Origin: Candidatus Moraniibacteriota bacterium
Lineage (GTDB): Bacteria; Patescibacteriota; Minisyncoccia; Moranbacterales; UBA1568
DNA length: 64,000 nucleotides
Reading direction: 5' to 3'
Assembly (NCBI GenBank): GCA_016699975.1
Contig: CP064994.1
Coordinates: 321,222 to 385,221, forward strand
Part shown: positions 59,297-64,000 of the stretch, one piece after another
Layout: each line of letters opens with the position of its first letter
Numbering within the stretch: position 1 is the stretch's first letter
Translations under genes and position numbers: made by a program
The notes under the pieces: generated by a model
The model's database searches: none
Seen by the model: only the letters and a program-made list of their open reading frames with translations
What the model was told of the DNA's origin: nothing

Positions 59297-60385
59297 GGTG
59301 AATTCAAACCCCGAAGCCCCTTTTCTGGTATACTCCGGCGTTAACTTCCAAAAACGCTATGAATATGCAATGGAACGTCCATAACCTTCTTCTTTGAACG
59401 AGAGCGAATCGAAAGCTTTCTCCGCATGAAGAAAAAGAAAACATGGATCGCGGAGAAACTTGGAAGAGATTACTCCGTCATCAAGCGAGAGATACGAAGA
59501 AATTCTGAGTCCGCACCTTCCCTATGTTGCCATCCGAGCTGAAGCGTATGCGGAAAGACGAAAGAAAATACCAACAAAAGAAAACTGGAAAAATGGCAAA
59601 ACGAGAAACTGAAAAGTTTGTCGAAAGCGAACTCCTGAAGGGACATTCACCGGAGCAGATAGCCGGCCGGTTGAAAAACATCTCCTCCGAAAAATCTTCC
59701 TCGTGTACGGATACCTCGATAAGTTACGAATCCATCTATGATTACATTTACTGCGGAGAAGGAAGGGTCGGCGGATGGCAAAGATCTGCGACGAAAACAG
59801 AAGCGGAGACGACCAAAGTTCCCTGAAAACCGCGAAAAGAGACGATTCCGGATAGAATACCCATTCACGAAAGACCTGGCGGTCATCTTTACCAAGCGTA
59901 CACACTTTGGAGACTGGGAAACCGATTCCGTGATATTCTCAAACAGAAGTCAGTACTCTCGGTGGTATAGTACGAGCGAAAATGAAGCTATGCCGATTAA
60001 AGAAAGTTCCAAACAAAACAGCGGTCGAAAGCGAACGAGCGATACAGGGACATTTCTCTCGGCTTCCGCAGCAATTGAGGAGAAGTATTACGAGAGATAA
60101 TGGAACGGAGAATGTTTTGCACGGAGAAACGAAACAAAACTTTCTCTTCCTTCCTACTTCTGCGATACCTACAAAAGTTGGCAGAAAGGAGGTGTGGAAA
60201 ACTTGAATGGATTGTTACGAGAGTATTTTCCGGAAGAAATGCCCGTTTGATAAAATTTCCCAAAAGAAGTTCGGTCAGTTCAGGACAAACTCAACAATCG
60301 ACCGAGGAAAGCGCTTAACTATTTGACGCCGAATGAAGTTTTTGCCAGGGTACTGGAAAAGGGGCATTAAATTCTTGAACTCACC
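59297..60385 (+). mobile_element. IS30-family insertion sequence, copy B, inverted relative to copy A, with a 3-bp ATT target duplication; transposase degenerate
   Basis: Ends GGTGAATTCAAACCCC... (59297) and ...TTCTTGAACTCACC (60385) match the copy A termini. ATT is at 59294-59296 and 60386-60388. The internal sequence is colinear with copy A, with substitutions and several indels. Confidence 0.8.
59359..60370 (+). pseudogene. IS30-family transposase (copy B), disrupted by multiple indels and substitutions
   Basis: Start MNMQWNVHNLLL-stop, where copy A has MNMPKGTSITFF. The remaining transposase is scattered over ORFs 59524-59826, 59738-60100, 59982-60206 and 60100-60318. The canonical C-terminus ...RPRKALNYLTPNEVFARVLEKGH is present in a third frame. 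Confidence 0.7.
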
Positions 60386-60464
60386 ATTGAGTAGCACATG
60401 ATATCCTTGTTTTTGTTGGAATTCGAGGACGGCTGATTCAATCTCATTGGGACTTTGAGTGGCA

Positions 60465-60833
60465 TTAGTCTCTGTCCTTTGGCTGGGATTTGATGAACTT
60501 GGCATAACTGACGATGTTCCGTGCCTGCTGGTCGGTGTAGCCGTGGCTTCGAAGCGCGCTCGCGATCAGCCGGAGTCCGGAGTTTTGTCTTAACGGATTA
60601 TATTTGTCTTGTTTTTCCAAAAAGCCAATTTTTTCAAGAAAATCCTTCAGAGTGAGTCCGAGCCCTACTGCGAGGGCGCGCGAGGTGGTTAGCGTGAGCG
60701 TCTGGTACTTGCCACTTTCCAATTTGGAAATATATGCCAAAGAGAGATCGGACTTCTCTGCTAACTTGGAAAGAGAAATGCCGGACTTTATTCGAAGTCG
60801 CTTCACGGATTGTCCAATGGTGTTTGTGATCAT
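60465..60833 (-). CDS. XRE-family (Cro/C1-type) HTH transcriptional regulator, ImmR-like
   Basis: ...GQSVKRLRIKSGISLSKLAEKSDLSLAYISKLESGKYQTLTLTTSRALAVGLGLTLKDF... (HTH_3). Confidence 0.8.
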   Translation of the reverse strand: MITNTIGQSVKRLRIKSGISLSKLAEKSDLSLAYISKLESGKYQTLTLTTSRALAVGLGLTLKDFLEKIGFLEKQDKYNPLRQNSGLRLIASALRSHGYTDQQARNIVSYAKFIKSQPKDRD

Positions 60834-60965
60834 AATGATTTCTCAATTACTCTCGTTTTTATGGTAGGTACTATTTAACAATAGTCAAATTAGTTTCTTG
60901 TTGTTATTATTAGAGATCTCAAGCGTCTTTTGGCGGGCAGCGTCTGAAAGGGGGATTGATCTTCT

Positions 60966-61238
60966 GTGCTTGCCAAAACTCTTTTCTTGTCGTATAGTAA
61001 TGTTAACAAAGTATTCGATATGGAATCGAGCAAGGCACAGCCAAAACATTCAGCAAAGAACCTCCCTGAACTCATCACGCTTCAGGAGGCTTCTGGCATT
61101 CTGAAGTGCCACCCAAATACGCTTCGGCAGTGGGACAAGAAGGGGATACTGAAAGCCCTGCGTTTTGACGATCGAAAGGATCGTCGTTATAAAAAATCCG
61201 ACATTATGAAATTCATAGAAGATCGAGGAAAGACATAG
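60966..61238 (+). CDS. excisionase-family HTH protein (Xis/AlpA-like), divergent from the XRE regulator
   Basis: ...LITLQEASGILKCHPNTLRQWDKKGILKALRFDDRKDRRYKKSDIMKFIE... is the excisionase-family HTH pattern. Confidence 0.65.
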   Translation: MLAKTLFLSYSNVNKVFDMESSKAQPKHSAKNLPELITLQEASGILKCHPNTLRQWDKKGILKALRFDDRKDRRYKKSDIMKFIEDRGKT

Positions 61239-61295
61239 AAGCTCTTTTTACAATTGCCTAAACCCATGGGTTTCTGTGGGCATGGCACTATAAAA

Positions 61296-61343
61296 ACGAC
61301 AACGACAAAGATGGTCTTCTGACCAGCACTTCGTCGTTGTCGT
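61296..61343. repeat. 15-bp near-perfect inverted repeat (ACGACAACGACAAAG ... CTTCGTCGTTGTCGT) around an 18-nt spacer that is itself palindromic (TGGTCTTCTGACCA)
   Basis: Read directly from the sequence in the 275-bp gap between the Xis-like gene and the downstream GT2 gene. Confidence 0.6.
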
Positions 61344-61512
61344 CTGCATTCGAAAGGATGCAGGGTAGTTCCGAAAGGAGCTATCGCTGGCTCGGGAGAC
61401 CTTTTTTGATTTCGCTACAATTTCCATAAAGTCGCCGCGCCAGCATTGGTAGCGGCTTTTTCTAAAATGGAGGGTTTTGGGGAGGCGCTTTTATCCGTAA
61501 CCAAAACTCTTT

Positions 61513-62834
61513 ATGGGTGTTTTTGAAGGGATTGATGCTTTACAGGTTGTGGTTGCTGTTTCGACCATTTTCCTCATTTCTTTGATAGACTTTGTTGTGC
61601 TTGTTCGCGCTCGCCTGCGCTCGCACCATGCCGTTCACGAGTACACCAAGTCGGATCTCGATTACACGATTCTCATTCCCATTTTTGGAAATATCTCGTA
61701 TTTGCGAAATGTTGAGTTTTTGAAGCAATACGCTCGGCATGTCGTCTTGTGCACTACCACGAAGGAAAGTCCGGAGTTTGATGTCGCGATAGACAAAGTC
61801 GCCGCAGAGCATGGATTCCGTATCTTTCGGTCTCATGTTCCGCTCGCCTCATCGGTGCAGAAGCCGAATCCATGGCGATTGTTTACCCACACTCTGCATG
61901 GATCGGGTGATCTGGCAAAACAAGAAAGCGATCAAAATGCTGGTCTCCGGTTTAACAAAGAAATAGCCCGAGATGAAATTATCCGCGACAGTTTTGCGGC
62001 GATTGATACGGGCTACTGCGTATTTTTGGACGGCGACACGGTGGCACATGAGAAACTCTTCAAGCTGGTTCATCTCATGCGGGAGCTTGGCTTTGATTTG
62101 GCGTCGGTTCGCGTGCTTGCCTCGAAGCAAGAAACAATTATGGAGAAATTGCAGTCGGTGGAATATGATCTGGCTATGGATGCGCGCAAGATTTACCCAT
62201 GGCTCACTTCTGGCGCATGCATGGTGGCAAAAACGAGCGTTATCAAGGACATCATGCAACATCATTCACTTTTCTTCAGCGGGGGCGATATTGAGATAGG
62301 AAGCTCGCTGGTATTCTGAAGTACAAAGTCGGACACATTCGTTTCGAGTTCTACACCGATGTTCCGTCTACCTTCAAAGCGTGGTTCAAACAGAGAATGG
62401 CATGGTTCGGAGGTGGTTTTCGCCATGCCGTTGTGAATCTCCATCGGTACGCTTGGAGGCATCCGCTGTTTTACTTCTATACCACGATCCTTGTGTATCT
62501 TTTGACGCCGCTTCGCTGGTACGAGGTTATCAATCATCCGCTCATATTGCCGCTTATCATTGTGCTGTATTGGGTGCTTATCTTCACGTTCCACTGGAGA
62601 ACTCGACGATGGTTCTATTTCCTGTTCCCATTCTATGCGCTCATACAGATTCTCATCCTGATCCCGCTCGGTATATTCACCTACTTTCGCATGGCATTCT
62701 CGACCAACAATATCGGTCTGATACGATTGCGTCGTGGGAGGGCGTTTGTACAACCGGAGCATCAGTCTCTCGAGCCCATTCAAGGGGAAGTTCGGAATGA
62801 GCGGCGGCTTGCTGATATTCGTGTTCGCGTATGA
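61513..62834 (+). CDS. processive family 2 glycosyltransferase (PgaC/IcaA/cellulose-synthase-like); one frame change
   Basis: ORF 61513 has an N-terminal TM, ...DYTILIPIFGN... and the DXD ...VFLDGDT.... After a switch near 62300 it continues as ...GHIRFEFYTDVPSTFKAWFKQRMAWFGGGF... (a Q(Q/R)xRW-like motif) plus four C-terminal TM helices in ORF 62397-62834. Confidence 0.7.
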
Positions 62835-63865
62835 AAAACATTCTTCTTTTTCTTGCCTTTCTTTTCGTATCCGGACTTATTGTCGGGGCTCGATATTTTG
62901 TTTTTTCTCATAAAGAGGCGTCAGTAGAATCACAGCCCGTTCCGGAAAAGAAGACGCTTCTTTCGGGATATGATAATGCTGTCTGGGATTGGAATCCTTT
63001 TGATCATGGAGCAGAGTTTTTTGATGCGCTCAAGACGAGGGGCGTTACGACAGCGTATATGAATATCGGCGATGTTGTTGATTTGTATGAGATGGCGGAC
63101 GGCGAAGAGAAGCAGAAGAAAATGGAAGACTTCAATGCGAAGGTGAGAAGCTATCTTATTCTGGCAAAAGGGAACGAGTTGGCCGTTCACGCTCTGGCGG
63201 GAGGGACGAACTGGGGAAACGCTTCGCATCGGTATTTTAATAGGATCGTTCTTGATTATGTGCGAGAGTTCAATACATCGAATCCGGAGACTGCCTTTCA
63301 GGGGATTCAGTTTGATATTGAGCCGTACAGTCAAGAAGGGTTCAATGCTAAAACGAGTGGGGATATTTTTACACAATACCTCGATACCGTTGAAGGAATA
63401 ACGAACGCCTTCATCAGTTTACAAACAGAGTCCCCGCAGTTCGGCTCGATGAAACTCGGATTTGTGACTCCGTACTGGTTCGATGGTCAGGACGGAAATA
63501 TTCAAAAAGTATCTTGGCAGGGAGAAGAAAAATACCCCTTTTATTATCTGCTCAATCGCTTGAATCGAGTTCAAAACGGATACCTTGCCATTATGGCGTA
63601 CCGGAACTTTGCTGATGGATCGGACGGAATTATCGAGCATATCCAGAATGAAATTAGCTTTTCCCAGCAGTATACGCCACGGATCAGAATCATTGTCGGA
63701 CAAGAGACTTCCGATGTGAAGCCGCAAAAGATTACCTATTTCGGGAAGCCGTTCAATGCTCTGGTGGAAGAGGTGAAGAAGATTGGTTTGAAGTTTGAGA
63801 ACTTCCAGAATGTGGCGGGATTCTCGTTTAATAACGCGGATTCGTTTTTGGAGATGGAGTGGTAA
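62831..63865 (+). CDS. hypothetical membrane-anchored or secreted protein (344 aa) downstream of the processive GT2
   Basis: N-terminal hydrophobic segment MKNILLFLAFLFVSGLIVGA. No confident family. It has a 4-bp overlap with the GT2 stop, suggesting an operon. Confidence 0.5.
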   Translation: MKNILLFLAFLFVSGLIVGARYFVFSHKEASVESQPVPEKKTLLSGYDNAVWDWNPFDHGAEFFDALKTRGVTTAYMNIGDVVDLYEMADGEEKQKKMEDFNAKVRSYLILAKGNELAVHALAGGTNWGNASHRYFNRIVLDYVREFNTSNPETAFQGIQFDIEPYSQEGFNAKTSGDIFTQYLDTVEGITNAFISLQTESPQFGSMKLGFVTPYWFDGQDGNIQKVSWQGEEKYPFYYLLNRLNRVQNGYLAIMAYRNFADGSDGIIEHIQNEISFSQQYTPRIRIIVGQETSDVKPQKITYFGKPFNALVEEVKKIGLKFENFQNVAGFSFNNADSFLEMEW

Positions 63866-64000
63866 CTGTTGGATACCATGAATACGCAACGGCTTTGTTG
63901 AATAATTAATTTGTCTATATAAGCCATAAAATGTCTTAAAAAATTTCAAAAACCATAAAATTCTGAGAAATTTCGAGATTTTTATGAAAATTATGGGTTT

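Overview
This is a 64-kb bacterial chromosomal window with streamlined gene organisation. Several traits (no L30 gene between rpsE and rplO, S14 type Z, large secreted and membrane-anchored proteins, partial glycolysis) suggest a Patescibacteria/CPR-like organism, but that is inference. Gene layout runs as follows. (1) 1-15.7 kb on the + strand: glyS 3' end, a frameshifted M16 peptidase, an AI-2E transporter, rsmI, metG, a small MazG-like NTPase, a 1455-aa HrpA-like DEAH helicase, a methyltransferase, tatD and znuACB. (2) 16-31 kb: tuf and the S10-spc ribosomal-protein cluster (rpsJ through rplO), secY, adk, map, ending at ruvX. (3) 31.5-50.3 kb: two GT2 enzymes, galT, tpiA-fba-gap, a D-aminoacylase, two very large surface proteins flanking murD, malic enzyme, trxB, a CAP-domain protein, tRNA-Ala, gmk and a YgjP peptidase. 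(4) 50.3-64 kb is accessory. Two inverted IS30-family copies, each with its own 3-bp target duplication, bracket tRNA-Ile, initiator tRNA, an ABC exporter, a CAT-anticodon tRNA and tRNA-Asp. Next to tRNA-Asp sits an apparent integrative element: large serine recombinase, candidate restriction endonuclease, amino-methyltransferase, excisionase-family HTH, a Rep_trans-like 419-aa protein, ImmA-like protease, then IS30 copy B, an XRE repressor, a divergent Xis-like HTH, and a PgaC-like GT2 at the window edge. The main data-quality observation is that many genes, including the essential secY, rplB, rplC and adk, are split by single-base indels at homopolymer runs. I read these as assembly errors rather than pseudogenes. 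Coordinates of frameshift sites and tRNA ends are approximate, because they were read manually from the sequence.
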